The position numbers and the translations under genes were made by a program. DNA of 63,872 nt, the filler included, from Octopus bimaculoides (Eukaryota): assembly GCF_001194135.2 (NCBI RefSeq). It is 4 parts of 4 records of this genome, joined end to end, with 100 filler letters (N's around TTAATTAATTAA, not from the genome) between each part and the next. Parts side by side here need not be neighbours in the genome. Positions count along the whole stretch, not along the records: positions 61,688 to 63,872 come from NW_026354911.1; 3 more parts are not named here. One strand, given 5' to 3'. This document shows positions 63,479 to 63,872 of the stretch, one piece after another (position 1 is the first letter of the stretch; the number at the start of each line of letters is the position of its first letter). The notes under the pieces are model-generated. The model worked only from the letters and a program-made list of their open reading frames with translations, searched no databases and was not told where the DNA came from.

Positions 63479-63872
63479 ATATGCGTATGTATATATATGT
63501 ATATATATATATATGTTGATTTCAAATTTTGACACAAGGCTAGCAATTCCGGACATGCTGTTTATACGTTTCCTGATGACATTGATGCATACCTGACCAT
63601 AATTCTTCCTGTCGGACGTATTTTGAATGCATTTATCGAAACATATGTAGAAGATCAGATGAGATAAATGTTTTAATAACATCCTGAGCGCTTGTCTCCT
63701 TTTTCATTTTTTCCTATTTTCTCCTACATACGACTTACTTTTCCTGGAATCAAGTCACACGCAAGTGAGATCATTCTTTCCTAGAACACTTAAGCAACAT
63801 TTAACTAGCATGTAATTATTCTCCTGGATTTTTCCGATATATATATGTATGTATGTATATATACATATATAT

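Overview
AT-rich eukaryotic DNA saturated with microsatellites and transposable-element debris, with many N gaps. The repeat families look like those of an octopod cephalopod (recalled resemblance, not verified). I found no host protein-coding exon, and almost all ORFs in the track are microsatellite or N-gap artefacts. Interpretable content: (i) four tRNA-derived SINE families, here called A, B, C and E; (ii) 3' fragments of an RTE-clade LINE with a 66-bp tandem-repeat 3' UTR; (iii) restriction-like-endonuclease (RLE) LINE fragments, two of them Dong/R4-like and abutting (TAA)n tracts; (iv) two decayed Penelope-like elements (PLEs) plus several PLE 3' tails; (v) a mariner transposase fragment, a Helitron helicase fragment, and piggyBac-, hAT- and Tc1/mariner-type MITEs. 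The main finding is SINE family C: tRNA head + (AAT)n + a tail that folds as a minimal type I hammerhead ribozyme like those at PLE ends. Both head-bearing copies carry an inverted piece of their own 3' end directly upstream of the head. Together these suggest a Pol III SINE mobilised by Penelope-like elements. Coordinates of degraded repeats are approximate (about +/-10 nt).
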